Positions 18,624 to 28,904 are shown, counted from the stretch's first letter. The stretch is 64,000 bases of DNA from an uncultured Microthrixaceae bacterium (GCA_963750645.1 CAVVRO010000008.1:770238-834237), one strand, 5' to 3'. The notes: a model not told the origin generated them from the sequence alone. A program made the numbers and translations.

Positions 18624-19274
18624 ATGGTCGAGCTCAGCCAGCACGGTGAGGTGTGGATCCTCCGCATGGACGACGGGGAGAACCGGTTCAACCGGTCCTC
18701 CGTCACCGAGCTGCACGCCGCGCTCGACGAGGTCGAGGCGGCCGACGGCAACCGGGCCCTCGTCACGACAGGTGCCGGCAAGTTCTACTCGAACGGCCTC
18801 GACCTCGATTGGCTCATGGCCGGAGAGGGCACGGACGGCTTCATCGAGGACGTCCATCGCCTGTTCGGCCGCGTGCTCGGGTTCCCGGCCTTCACGGTGG
18901 CGGCCGTGAACGGGCACGCCTTCGCCGGTGGCGCCATGCTCGCCAGTTCGCACGACCACGTCGTGATGCGCGTCGACCGCGGGTACTGGTGCCTGCCCGA
19001 GGTCGATCTCGGCCTGCCGCTCACCCCGGCGATGTACGCGACCGTGGCGGCCCACCTGCCCAAGGGCACCGTCGCCGAGGCCGCGCTCACGGGACGCCGC
19101 TACGGCGGCGAGGAGGCGGTCGCCGCCGGGATCGCCTCCGAGGCGGTGGCCGAGGCCGAGGTGCTCGACCGCGCCGTCGCCGTGGCGGCGGAGATGGCGG
19201 CCAAGGATCGCACCGTGCTGCGCGCCCACAAGGAGCTGCTCTACGGCGAGGCCCTCCGCACCTGCGGCGTCTGA
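18624..19274 (+). CDS. Enoyl-CoA hydratase/isomerase family protein
   Basis: ENRF, KFYSNGLDL, AAVNGHAFAGG, CLPEVDLG; GGAGG upstream. Confidence 0.9.
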   Translation: MVELSQHGEVWILRMDDGENRFNRSSVTELHAALDEVEAADGNRALVTTGAGKFYSNGLDLDWLMAGEGTDGFIEDVHRLFGRVLGFPAFTVAAVNGHAFAGGAMLASSHDHVVMRVDRGYWCLPEVDLGLPLTPAMYATVAAHLPKGTVAEAALTGRRYGGEEAVAAGIASEAVAEAEVLDRAVAVAAEMAAKDRTVLRAHKELLYGEALRTCGV

Positions 19275-19295
19275 GCGGCGGCCCGCTCCGGACGA

Positions 19296-20439
19296 TCAGG
19301 ACCCGTCGACGGGGAGGCCGAGCTCGAGCCGACCGGCGTGCACGAGCGTCGCCTCCGGCGTCAGCGGGTGGAACTTGGCGGCGCGGATGTCGCGGTAGGC
19401 GCGCTCGATGATCGAGCCCCGGGAGTACGCGGGGCCACCGGCGACGTCCATCGCGAGGTCGCAGACCTCGAGGCCGGCGAGGGCGATCTCCCGCTTGGCC
19501 GCCAGCGTCGCGGCCATGGCGTCCACCGAGGGAACGGGATCGTCGCCGACCTCGTCGAGGGCACGGTCGAGCGCCCAGGACGCGATCTGCAGGCGATGGG
19601 CCATGAGGCCGACCTGCCGTTGCACGGTCGGATCATCCGCCTTGGAGCGGGCCGCGTCGACGGCCGCCCGGAACGCCGCCTCGGCCACCCCGAGGTACAC
19701 GGCGGAGATGATCGGCATCGCGATGCTGACGATGACCTGCAACGGCGGGTCGATCACCCCGTACGGGCGGTTCGCCAGCACCCGCTCGTCGGGCACGAAG
19801 ACGTCCTCGATGACGACATCGTGGCTGCCGGTGCCGCGCATGCCGAGGCTGTCCCAGTTGTCCAACACGGTGACACCGGGATCGGCCATGGGCACGGCCA
19901 TGTTCAGGACACGAGGCCCCTGGTCGGGGTCGTCGTAGCGGAACATCGTCGACAGCACGGCTCCGGCCGGTGATTGGCTCGCGAACACCTTGTGGCCCGA
20001 CACGACGTAGCCACCCTCGACCTTGGTCGCCTCGCCTCGGGGGTGGGTGAAGTCGGCACCGCCTGTGGACACGAGCAGGATCCCTTCGTCGGCGATGCGG
20101 CGCAGGGTCGCCTCCGCGCCGGGCAGGCCCCGGTGGTAGCGCCAAGCGGTGAAGGCCGTGACGTGCTGGTGCATCGCGGTCGCGAGGGCAGTCGAGCCGC
20201 AGTGGTGAGCGAGCTCCCGCTGGACGGCCGCGATCTGCCGGATCGTGGCGCCAGCACCGCCGAGCTCGGCCGGGACCCCCACCGCGAGCAACCCCGCTTC
20301 GCGGAGGCAGCGCACCCCTTCGTCGACGAAGGTGCCCTCTCGATCGTGCCGCTCGGTGTGGTCGGCCAGCTCTGCGCCCGACGGCAGCGGCGAGGCCCAG
20401 CAGGTCGTTGTCGTGGATGATCTCCATGGTGGTGGACAT
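19296..20439 (-). CDS. Acyl-CoA dehydrogenase family protein; apparent +1 frameshift in a G run near 20379
   Basis: MSTTMEIIHDNDLLGLAAAVG (ORF 19633-20439) joins AELADHTERHD... (ORF 19296-20549); SGHKVFAS, WDSLGMRGTGSHD, ERAYRD. Confidence 0.85.
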
Positions 20440-20472
20440 GGGCTCGAACGTACGGCTGGCCTGGTCGAGGGC

Positions 20473-20513
20473 CTAGTACAGGATCGGGACCTGGCTGGTA
20501 CAGATTCGGGACT
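20473..20513. promoter_or_regulatory. Tandem candidate HxlR operator sites
   Basis: CTAGTACAGGATCGGGACC (20473-20491) and CTGGTACAGATTCGGGACT (20495-20513), 22-bp period, between divergent ACAD and HxlR genes. Confidence 0.55.
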
Positions 20514-20547
20514 ACCCAGGGACCGGCGCCGGCGCGACCATGCCCGC

Positions 20548-21240
20548 ATGGCTGATTACGGACGGTTCTGCCCGGTCGCGCTCGGGAGCGAGGTCATGGC
20601 AGACCGCTGGACGCCCCTGATCGTGCGGGAGCTGGTCCTCGGCAACACCCGCTTCAACGACATCGCGCGCGGCCTGCCCGGCATCTCGAGGTCGCTGCTG
20701 GTGCAGCGCCTGCGGCACCTGGAGCGCATGGGTGTCGTCGACCTCTGGCCGTCACCCACGGGCCGCGGCAACGAGTACCACCTCACCCCCGCGGGCAAGG
20801 ACCTCGAGGGGGTGGTGATGGCACTGGGGCGGTGGGCGGTCCAGTGGCTGTTCGACGACCTCCGGCCCGAGGAGGTGGACGCCGTCAACCTCCTCTGGTG
20901 GATGCACCGGCGCATCGACGACACGCAGCTGCCTGACTCGCGCGTGGTCGTCGAGTTCGCCCACACGGAGCCGAAGCGGACGACGATCTGGATGGTCCTG
21001 GACCGAGGTGAGGCCTCGGTGTGCCTGCAGCACCCAGGCTTCGACTCCGACCTCTTGGTCACCACCACCACGCCGGCACTGGCCAAGGTGTTCTCCGGCG
21101 TCGACACGTGGTCGAACGCCCTCCTCTCGGGTGCGATCCGCGTCGACGGGCCACCGTCCCTCGCCAGGCGCCTCCCGAGGTGGTTCCTGGGCAGCCCCTT
21201 CGCCGATGTCACCCGGGCGATGGTCAGCAGCCGCGGCTGA
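20548..21240 (+). CDS. HxlR family winged-helix regulator with SCP2-like C-terminus
   Basis: YGRFCPVA..DRWTPLIVREL..RFNDI.RGLPGISRSLL..RL; C-terminal LLWWM, VCLQHPGFD. Confidence 0.9.
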   Translation: MADYGRFCPVALGSEVMADRWTPLIVRELVLGNTRFNDIARGLPGISRSLLVQRLRHLERMGVVDLWPSPTGRGNEYHLTPAGKDLEGVVMALGRWAVQWLFDDLRPEEVDAVNLLWWMHRRIDDTQLPDSRVVVEFAHTEPKRTTIWMVLDRGEASVCLQHPGFDSDLLVTTTTPALAKVFSGVDTWSNALLSGAIRVDGPPSLARRLPRWFLGSPFADVTRAMVSSRG

Positions 21241-21911
21241 TCGGTGTGACGGCGGCAGCCCGTCGCTCGACGCGACCCTTGACGCCACGGAGCATCTGGC
21301 GCGACATGACGAAGTCGGCGGGCACGACCGCGAGCCAGCCGCCGAGGGTCAGCCACCACGGGGCGGTGCGCCAGCGTGATCTGAAGGTGAAGCGGGTACG
21401 TCGCCCGCCGTCGAGCGGTCGCAGCACGAAGGCCCACGACCAGTCGAGCGACGCTCGGTGCTCCTTGCGCCAACGGTCAGGGAGGTGGCTCGTCGAGTGC
21501 AACACCAGCGCGCGGTCGGGCTCGAGCAGCTCGACGATGAAACCGCACCCGGTCTCGGGAGCGCCGTCGGGCACGAAGTCGCCGACGCTGAGGTCCTGGA
21601 GCTCGCACGACCACGCGGTCCTCGCTGGCCCAGTTCGCGGGGAAGAGGAGCCGGTCCACCCAGCGGGCGGTGTACCAACCGCCCCGGTGCCAGCCCATCT
21701 GCACGAGCCAAGGCCACACGGCATCGGGCGGGGCCTCGATGGTGACGGCGTGGTCGGTCACCACCTGCGGATCCGGGACGATGCCATCGCCAGGAAGTGC
21801 CGTCGCCCGCTCGGCCGCGGTGGACCCGTAGGTGCGGCCGAGCCGCACGAGCACGACCTCGGCCAACGCCGCGACGCCCAACGTCACGACGAGGACGCCG
21901 CGCCGGCTCAC
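21224..21911 (-). CDS. SRPBCC-like hypothetical protein; apparent +1 frameshift near 21605
   Basis: LPGD..TDHAVTIEAPPDAVWPWLVQMGWHRGGWY (ORF 21477-21911) continues as ELQDLSVGDFVPDG..WSWAFVL..DFVMSRQMLRGVK (ORF 21224-21724). Confidence 0.75.
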
Positions 21912-21968
21912 GGAGCTGCCGGTCCTCTCACCACGGATCGATCAGACCAGGGTTCCTCCCGGCTCGCC

Positions 21969-21983
21969 AGGGGCGAACGTCCC
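21969..21983 (-). promoter_or_regulatory. DosR/DevR-like box GGGACGTTCGCCCCT
   Basis: Matches the recurrent GGGAC-N4-GnCCC-T motif; 58 nt upstream of the gene starting at 21911. Confidence 0.55.
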
Positions 21984-22144
21984 ACCGCCCGATGCCGTCG
22001 GTGCGGCGCGAGCCTCGACCCGGGTGCTGCCATGCCGCTACCCTCCGGCCCTTGCCGGACGCGACGGGAGAACCCACCGAGGAGGGCCTGATCGGGCTCG
22101 CGCTGGCGGCGTCCGCGCTGGCGTCCTCGATCGCGGCACCCGTG

Positions 22145-23341
22145 ATGGGACGTAGTGACGAGGGACTGCTCCCCCACATGTTCACGCGCGTCGTCGAACA
22201 GGTGGTGCCCACAGTGGTGGGCTCGGTCGACATCGACGCGCTGATCGAGCGGGTCGATCTCAACGCCCTGCTCGATCGCATCGACATCGACCGTCTCCTC
22301 ACGCGCATCGACCTCGATCGCTTGATGGCCCGAGTGGATGTGCAGGCCCTCCTCGATCGCGTCGACGTCGGGGACATCATCGAACGGGTGGACCTCAACG
22401 GCCTGCTCGCCGAGGTCGACATCGACGCGCTGCTCGACCGCATCGACGTGGCGTCCGTCGCCGAGCGCGCCGAGATCGGCGAGCTGGTGTCCCAGAGCAC
22501 CCGCGACGTGGCCGGGTCCACCCTCGATCTGGCCCGTCGTCAGCTCGTCGCGATCGATCTCCTCGTGCTCCGCCTCGTCCAGCGGGTGCTCCACAAGCGC
22601 GGCGCCCGGATGGAGGCGGGACCGCAGACGCTGCTCGGGCCCGAGACCACGACCGCGGACGAGAAGCCGGATCCCAGGAAGCTGGGGCAGGTCACCGGCC
22701 GCTTCGCCGGAGCCGCCACGCGACTCGCCGAGTTCGCGATCGACGCGTTCATGATCGTCACCCTCTTCGGTGTGGCCGCCAACGTGGCGACCTTCCTCAT
22801 CCGCACCGTCCTCGGCATCGACGTCGACACGACCAACACCGAGAACAACTGGTGGCTGGTGAGCTACCTCACCTGGGCGCTGCTCTACTTCTGGGTGAGC
22901 ACCGCCATCACCGGGCGGACCATCGGCAAGTGGCTCGTGGGCGTCCGCATCGTCCAGCGGGACGGGTCCCCGCTGCGAACGGGCCCGGCCCTGGTGCGCG
23001 TGCTCGTCCTCCCGATCAGCCTCGCCAGCTTCGGGCTGGGCCTCGTCGGCATCGTGATCGGCAGGGAGCGTCGAGCCTGGCACGACATGGCCGCGAGCAC
23101 GGTGGTCGTCTACGACTGGGGCGACCGCCCGGCCGAGATGCCCGCGCCCCTCAGCAAGTGGCTGAGCCGCCAGGGCACCCTCGAGCTGCCGACCGCACCT
23201 GCCGTCGAGCCGCCGGGCGAGACGTCCGTCGCCGCCGAGCGGACCTCAGCCGAGGGAGCCGGCGTCCAGCACCTCGGGACCTCGCAGGATCCCGAGGCTG
23301 ACCTGGCCGAGCTCGACGGAGCGGTCGGTCGGAAGGAGTAG
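22145..23341 (+). CDS. RDD family membrane protein with N-terminal 9-aa tandem repeats
   Basis: RLAEFAID, GRTIGKWLVGVRIV, RRAWHDMAASTVVV (RDD domain); (V/I)D(I/L)xxL(L/I)xR repeats; start uncertain (22145 or 22178). Confidence 0.8.
   Translation: MGRSDEGLLPHMFTRVVEQVVPTVVGSVDIDALIERVDLNALLDRIDIDRLLTRIDLDRLMARVDVQALLDRVDVGDIIERVDLNGLLAEVDIDALLDRIDVASVAERAEIGELVSQSTRDVAGSTLDLARRQLVAIDLLVLRLVQRVLHKRGARMEAGPQTLLGPETTTADEKPDPRKLGQVTGRFAGAATRLAEFAIDAFMIVTLFGVAANVATFLIRTVLGIDVDTTNTENNWWLVSYLTWALLYFWVSTAITGRTIGKWLVGVRIVQRDGSPLRTGPALVRVLVLPISLASFGLGLVGIVIGRERRAWHDMAASTVVVYDWGDRPAEMPAPLSKWLSRQGTLELPTAPAVEPPGETSVAAERTSAEGAGVQHLGTSQDPEADLAELDGAVGRKE
22226..22495 (+). repeat. 27-bp (9-aa) coding tandem repeat, about 10 copies
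   Basis: VDIDALIER VDLNALLDR IDIDRLLTR IDLDRLMAR VDVQALLDR VDVGDIIER VDLNGLLAE VDIDALLDR IDVASVAER AEIGELVSQ. Confidence 0.85.
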
Positions 23342-25366
23342 GGCGAAGGCTCGGCCGCCGATGGCGCGCTCGACCACCGGGGACACCGCCACGATGCGTC
23401 CGTCGAGCGCGGCCACCACGTGGTCGGCTCCATCCCCACCGTCGTCGACGGTGCCGGTCAGCACGAGCACCCGCTCCTCGCTGTCGAGCAACCGGTCGAG
23501 GTCGTCGACGGCCAGGGCGTCGCGGTCCACCTCGGCGGTGGGCCGGTACGGCTGGCCGACGAGCTCACCCCGACCGGACAGGGCGTAGAGGCTGCTGATC
23601 GGATCGTCGTCGGGTCCCACGGCAGGGAACGCCATGTCGAGCATCGACGCGAACCCGGTGGCGCCATCGACCTCGACATCGGATGACGGGTGCGGGTCCG
23701 CCATCGTCTCGAACCGCCGGAACGACTTGCGATCGCCCCGTGCCGCCAGCTCGTCGCCCGCGACATCGATCCCGTCGACGGACCACGGGATCTCGACACC
23801 GATGAGCGCGGCGAGGGTGGGGAGCACGTCGATGCTCTGGACGTTGGCATCGTCGACGTGGGGTTCGGACTGGCCCGGCGCCTTGACGATCAGGGGGGTC
23901 CACATGATCTCCGGCAGGGCCTCGGCCGTGGGCAGGCGCCGGTTCGGGTCAGCGCTGAACGCGATCCCGTGATCCGCGGTGACGACGATGGCAGCGTCGT
24001 CGAAGACGCCGACCTCGTCCAGCCGCTGCAGGACCTGCCCCACGAGCCGATCCGCGTAGCTCGCCTGCAACAGGTGCCGTTGGCGCTCGAGGTTGCCGAC
24101 CCACGGGTCGCCGCCACCGTTGATGGGCAGGTCGGCCGCGGACGCGGGATCGGCGTAGGTCTCCCCGTCGCCGAGGTAGCGCCACGGGTAGTGAGGCGAC
24201 ACCAGGTGCAGCACGGCCGCGAGCGGCCGATCCCCAGGCTCCAAGGCGGCGAGGAAGTCGGTGAGGCGCGCCGGTTGGCTCGCCACCGCCTGCTGCCACG
24301 TGCCCCGATCCTCGGGGACCTCACCGGCGCCGAACGACGAGCCGGCGGACGCCGCGCTGTCCGCGCTCTCCACCTCCTCCTCGAAGTCGTCGAAGCTCGC
24401 CGTGGCCTCGGATCCTCCGACGCGCTCCGTCCACAGATCGAGCGCGTCCCGGAACAGCGCCCCCATGGCCGGCCCGGCGTCCGCCGCAGGCTCGTCGGCA
24501 CCCGCGTCCGTGCTCGCCGCAGGAGATCGCGGGGTCTCGCCACAGACCGCCGTCGGGCACAGGCGGGTGAGCGCCTCGGACACGACGAGGTCATGCGACC
24601 CGGCGAGGAGCCGGAAGATGTTGTCCGGGTACTGGGTGAAGAGCGGCGCGACGTGCCTCGGGCTCCTACCGGTGAAGATCGCCGGCACCGCCGTGTCGGT
24701 GAAGCCCGACTGCGTCGTGTGGTTCCGGTACCACGTCGACTGGCCGGCCAGACGGGCGAGGTTCGGGAAGCGCACCGCGTCGATCGCGCCCGCATCGTCG
24801 ATGATCGACGCCGTCGGCAGCTCGTCGAGCACGATGAGCACGACGGGGGCGGCGTCGCCACCGGTGGCGGCCGCGGCGAACGCGGAGCCAGAGGCGACCT
24901 CGCTCGCGGGTGAACCCACGAGGAAGATCACCAGCGCGAACGCCGGCAGCCCGGCGAGGAGCTCGCTCCAGAGCCGGAACGCCGAGGACCGGACCGTCAG
25001 CACCCACGCGACGAGGGCGCAGGCCGTCGACAGCAAGAGCGCGGCAGGGCGGGGCAGACCGGACAGGGCTTGGACGGCGGCCAGCGCGGCCAGCAGCCCG
25101 ATCGACGCCCCCTGCACGAGAACGCGCCAGTGGGGCGCCACCAGGCCGACGACGAGGCCGACCCACCAGATCACGAGCGGCGGGACCAGCACGACCGCGA
25201 GCACGAACAGCACGACGTCGAGGCCCTCGACGTCTCGGAAGATGAAGGTCTCGGGGCTCTTGCCGAACGAATCGAGGACCGGCTGGGCGATGGCAACCCC
25301 TGCGACACCGACCAAGGCGGCCAGCCGCCCCAGCTCCACCCGCAGGCCGCCGCCCTCCTCGATCAC
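23246..25366 (-). CDS. Membrane-anchored sulfatase-like (alkaline phosphatase superfamily) hydrolase/transferase
   Basis: Five N-terminal TM helices; VLIVLDEL, FTDTAVPAIFTG, HLVSPHYPW, VTADHG; TACGAT-N6-GTG start. Confidence 0.8.
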   Translation of the reverse strand: MIEEGGGLRVELGRLAALVGVAGVAIAQPVLDSFGKSPETFIFRDVEGLDVVLFVLAVVLVPPLVIWWVGLVVGLVAPHWRVLVQGASIGLLAALAAVQALSGLPRPAALLLSTACALVAWVLTVRSSAFRLWSELLAGLPAFALVIFLVGSPASEVASGSAFAAAATGGDAAPVVLIVLDELPTASIIDDAGAIDAVRFPNLARLAGQSTWYRNHTTQSGFTDTAVPAIFTGRSPRHVAPLFTQYPDNIFRLLAGSHDLVVSEALTRLCPTAVCGETPRSPAASTDAGADEPAADAGPAMGALFRDALDLWTERVGGSEATASFDDFEEEVESADSAASAGSSFGAGEVPEDRGTWQQAVASQPARLTDFLAALEPGDRPLAAVLHLVSPHYPWRYLGDGETYADPASAADLPINGGGDPWVGNLERQRHLLQASYADRLVGQVLQRLDEVGVFDDAAIVVTADHGIAFSADPNRRLPTAEALPEIMWTPLIVKAPGQSEPHVDDANVQSIDVLPTLAALIGVEIPWSVDGIDVAGDELAARGDRKSFRRFETMADPHPSSDVEVDGATGFASMLDMAFPAVGPDDDPISSLYALSGRGELVGQPYRPTAEVDRDALAVDDLDRLLDSEERVLVLTGTVDDGGDGADHVVAALDGRIVAVSPVVERAIGGRAFALLLPTDRSVELGQVSLGILRGPEVLDAGSLG

Positions 25367-25418
25367 GCATGGATCGTAGGTGCCTGATGTCGCGGGCCCG
25401 GCGTCAGCCGAGGACGTT

Positions 25419-25433
25419 CCGACCTTTGGCCCT
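25419..25433 (+). promoter_or_regulatory. DosR/DevR-like box CCGACCTTTGGCCCT
   Basis: Motif match 35 nt upstream of the site-2 protease ATG at 25468. Confidence 0.55.
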
Positions 25434-25467
25434 GGGCGGACGCCGAGAGAAGATGGATGATCCTGGC

Positions 25468-26547
25468 ATGGATGGCCGTGCATCAGCTGAGCCACGAGCC
25501 GGGCTCCGGTGGTCGGTGCCGCTCGTGCGGATCGCGGGGGTGACGATCCGCGTCCACGTGACCTTCTTCGCGCTGGTCCTGCTGGTGGCCCTCACCGCCC
25601 GGGACTTCGGCGAGACGGAGGTGGCGGCGGTCGGCTGGCTCCTCCTGCTCTTCGCCTGCGTCGTGCTGCACGAGTTCGCCCATGCCCTCGTCGCCCGCTC
25701 CAAGGGCGTCGCGGTGCACGAGATCGACCTCCTGCCGATCGGCGGGGTGTCTCGCCTCGAGCACATCCCCGAGGAGTGGCGGGACGAGAGCGCCATCGCC
25801 GTGGCCGGACCGATCGCCAGCGCCGCGATCGCGCTCGTCGCCTTCCTGCTCGCGACCATCACCGGTCAGGCGCTGCTCCCACCGAGCCTCTGGGAGGGTG
25901 GGCTGCTCGTGCGGCTGGCGTGGGTGAACCTCATGCTGGCGGCCTTCAACCTGCTGCCCGCGTTCCCGCTCGACGGCGGCCGCGTGCTCCGGGCGCTGCT
26001 CGAGCGCAACCGCACGAGGCTCGACGCCACCCGGCGTGCGGCAGCCATCAGCCGCGCCCTCGCTGCCGTGATGATCGCCGTCGGCCTCCTCTTCAACGTG
26101 TGGCTGGTCCTGATCGGCATCTTCGTCGTCGTCGCCGGCCGCGCCGAGGAGGCCGCCGTCCTGATCCACGCGGCCCTCGGGCCCATGACCGCCGGCTCGC
26201 TCGCGGCGCCGTGCCCGATCATGTTCCCGGGCAACATGCCGGCCGCCGAGGGCGCGCGCATGGCGGCGCGGCATCCGCAACCGGCCTACATCGTCACCGG
26301 ACCTGACGGCAGGGCCCGAGGAGTGGTGAACGTCGGCGCCCTGCGCGGCGCCGACCCCGCCACGTTCGTCGGCGACCTCGCCACCGGACGGACGGTGAAC
26401 GCGGGCGACTCGCTCGAGCTGGTGGCCGAGACGATGGGAAGCGGCCCGGTCGTGGTCGTGACCGGGGCCGGCGCCGCGGTCGGCGTCATCACCCCCGACA
26501 TCCTCAACGCCTACCTGAGGCAGCGGCTCCACGACGTCGGCACCTGA
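25468..26547 (+). CDS. Site-2 (M50) zinc metalloprotease with degenerate CBS-like tail (Rip3/Rv2625c-like)
   Basis: HEFAH (HExxH), AVAGP, FNLLPAFPLDGGR. Confidence 0.9.
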   Translation: MDGRASAEPRAGLRWSVPLVRIAGVTIRVHVTFFALVLLVALTARDFGETEVAAVGWLLLLFACVVLHEFAHALVARSKGVAVHEIDLLPIGGVSRLEHIPEEWRDESAIAVAGPIASAAIALVAFLLATITGQALLPPSLWEGGLLVRLAWVNLMLAAFNLLPAFPLDGGRVLRALLERNRTRLDATRRAAAISRALAAVMIAVGLLFNVWLVLIGIFVVVAGRAEEAAVLIHAALGPMTAGSLAAPCPIMFPGNMPAAEGARMAARHPQPAYIVTGPDGRARGVVNVGALRGADPATFVGDLATGRTVNAGDSLELVAETMGSGPVVVVTGAGAAVGVITPDILNAYLRQRLHDVGT

Positions 26548-26571
26548 CCGCCGTGGGCAGCCCCGCCCGGG

Positions 26572-28710
26572 TCAGGTGCCGTCGGGGTAGATGCGCGTGG
26601 CGTACTCCCGCACCATCCGCGTGGCCGAGAAGCGGGGCCCGTTGGTGCGCAGGCTCGCGCGCACCATGGCCAGCCAGCGCGAGGGCATCCCCGCGTCGTC
26701 CCGCTCGTAGAACATCGGCGCGACCTGCTGTTCCATCAGGTCGAAGAGGGCATCGGCGTGGCGAGCGTCCTGCGCCTCTCGGTCCGGATCGACCTCACCG
26801 TCGATGGCCCACCCGTTCGTGCCGTCGTAGCCCTCCGCCCACCAACCGTCGAGCACCGACAGGTTGAGCGATCCGTTGAGGGCCGCCTTCATGCCGCTGG
26901 TGCCGCTCGCCTCCTCCGGGGGCCGGGGCACGTTGACCCACACGTCGCAGCCGGCCACCACCTCGGCCGCGAAGGAGAGGTCGTAGTCCTCGAGGAACGC
27001 CACGTGGGGGGCCACCTCAGGCGACCCCTTGAGGTGGAAGAGGTCGCTCACGATCCGCTTGGCCTCGTCGTCGAGGGGGTGGGCCTTCCCGGCGAAGATG
27101 AACTGGATCGGACGTTCACCGCCCAGGAGACCGACGGCGCGATCGGGCCGCAGGTTCAGCAGGTACAGGCGCTTGTAGGTGGCGAGCCGGCGCGCGAAGC
27201 CGATGGTGAGCCGATCGGGGTCGAGGCCGTTCTGCACCGCCTCGACGTAGCTGAGGTCCTCGCCTCGGCGGAGCCGGTCCTTGGTGGCTCGCACGCGGGC
27301 ACGCTCGATGAGGTGCGTGCGGGCCGCATTGCGCGCCGTCCACAGCTCCTCGTCGGAGATGCCCTCGACGCCGGCCCAGGTGGCCGGGTCGTCGGCGCGG
27401 GCGAGCCATCCGTCGCCGAGGTGCTGGTCCAGCAGGTCACGCATCGGGGCGGACAGCCACGTGGGGAGGTGCACGCCGTTGGTGACGTGGGTGATCGGGA
27501 CCTGCTCGACGGGACGCCCCGGGAAGAGCGGCTGCCACATGGCCCGTGCCACCTCGCCGTGCCGACGGCTCACGGCGTTGGCCGACCGGCTGCCTCGCAG
27601 CCCCACCACGGTCATCCCCGACGCCTGTCCGGGGTCATCTTCGTCGATGCGACCGACCGCGAGGAACCGCTCGGGATCGCCGGTCGAGTCCGCCAGCCGA
27701 CCCAGCACCCCCAAGATCTCGTCGCGCCCATAGGTCTCGTTGCCGGCGGGCACGGGTGTGTGGGTGGTGAACACCAGCTGCTTCGTCACGGCGGCCCACG
27801 CGTCGTCCCAGGAGACATCGGAGGTGCGCGCTTCTCGCAGCAGCTCGAAGGCCGCCAGCGCGGGGTGGCCCTCGTTGAGGTGCACCACGCCCGGCTCCAG
27901 CCCGATGGCCCGTAGGACACGGATCCCACCGACCCCGAGCACGGCGTACTGCCCGAGGCGGATCGCACGACTGCCTTCGTAGAGGCGAGAGGTGATCCAG
28001 CGGCCGATGACGGAGTTGTCGGACCGATCGGTGTCCAGCAGGTACAGCGGCACCCTGCCCACGTCCGCCCGCCAGACCTGGACGGAAACGTCCTCGTCAC
28101 CGACGGGCACCGTCACCGTGAGGCGCTCCCCGCTGGAGGCGTCGGTGACCGGCACGCACGCCCGCACCGTCGGGTCGCTCTCGACCCAGTACTCGTGCTG
28201 CATGCCGCTGGTGTCGATCCGCTGGTGGAAGTAACCCGTCCGGTACAGGAGACCGACCCCGACCATGGGCAACGCGAGGTCGGAGGCCTCCTTCACGATG
28301 TCACCGGCCAGGACCCCGAGACCCCCGGAGTAGACCGGCAGCGAGGCATGGACGCCGAACTCGGCACAGAGGAACGCGACCGGGTGCTCGGGGCTGGTGA
28401 AGCCGGGCCCACTGGGCCGCCCGAGGTCGGCGTCCACGATGGCCGCGAGCTCGGCCACCCGGCGGGCGAGGTCACGATCAGACGCCAGCCGCGCGAGCCG
28501 GGACGCCGGTACCTCAGCCAACAGGCGCACCGGGTTGGCGCTCACCCGCGCCCACCGCTCGGGATCAACCGCTTCGAACGTGGCCGCCCCGTCGGGGGCC
28601 CACGACCACCGGTAGTTGTAGGCGAGCCGGGCGAGCGGCTTCAGCGGCTCTGGCAGCCGGGCGGCCAAGACCGCCACGGCCGCTGCGACATCGTGATCAC
28701 CGGCAGCCAT
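26572..28710 (-). CDS. glgP: Alpha-glucan (glycogen/maltodextrin) phosphorylase, GT35
   Basis: YSGGLGVLAGD, HLNEGHP, FTTHTPVPAG, FARRLATYKR, EASGTSGMK (PLP Lys), DGWWAEG. Confidence 0.95.
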   Translation of the reverse strand: MAAGDHDVAAAVAVLAARLPEPLKPLARLAYNYRWSWAPDGAATFEAVDPERWARVSANPVRLLAEVPASRLARLASDRDLARRVAELAAIVDADLGRPSGPGFTSPEHPVAFLCAEFGVHASLPVYSGGLGVLAGDIVKEASDLALPMVGVGLLYRTGYFHQRIDTSGMQHEYWVESDPTVRACVPVTDASSGERLTVTVPVGDEDVSVQVWRADVGRVPLYLLDTDRSDNSVIGRWITSRLYEGSRAIRLGQYAVLGVGGIRVLRAIGLEPGVVHLNEGHPALAAFELLREARTSDVSWDDAWAAVTKQLVFTTHTPVPAGNETYGRDEILGVLGRLADSTGDPERFLAVGRIDEDDPGQASGMTVVGLRGSRSANAVSRRHGEVARAMWQPLFPGRPVEQVPITHVTNGVHLPTWLSAPMRDLLDQHLGDGWLARADDPATWAGVEGISDEELWTARNAARTHLIERARVRATKDRLRRGEDLSYVEAVQNGLDPDRLTIGFARRLATYKRLYLLNLRPDRAVGLLGGERPIQFIFAGKAHPLDDEAKRIVSDLFHLKGSPEVAPHVAFLEDYDLSFAAEVVAGCDVWVNVPRPPEEASGTSGMKAALNGSLNLSVLDGWWAEGYDGTNGWAIDGEVDPDREAQDARHADALFDLMEQQVAPMFYERDDAGMPSRWLAMVRASLRTNGPRFSATRMVREYATRIYPDGT

Positions 28711-28829
28711 GCGAGACGAGCCTTCCACGATGTCCCCGGCCGCGCCCGATGGGAACGGCGGGACCGCCGATAGCCTGGCGTGAGGGTCGGCGTCAGGAGA
28801 GATCGCTCCTGTCGATCGTCACGAGGTTC

Positions 28830-28844
28830 TGGACCTTGGACCCT
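28830..28844 (+). promoter_or_regulatory. DosR/DevR-like box TGGACCTTGGACCCT
   Basis: Motif match in the glgP/GT4 divergent intergenic region, oriented toward the GT4 gene. Confidence 0.45.
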
Positions 28845-28904
28845 GGTGCCCCCGATCACCTGAGGCGCAGCCTGGGTGTTGTTGCGAGGCACGAGGAGTA
28901 GCCC

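Noticed and set aside
22226-22495. 27-bp periodic DNA considered as a CRISPR or non-coding array
   Set aside because: It is an in-frame coding repeat with synonymous divergence and no unique spacers
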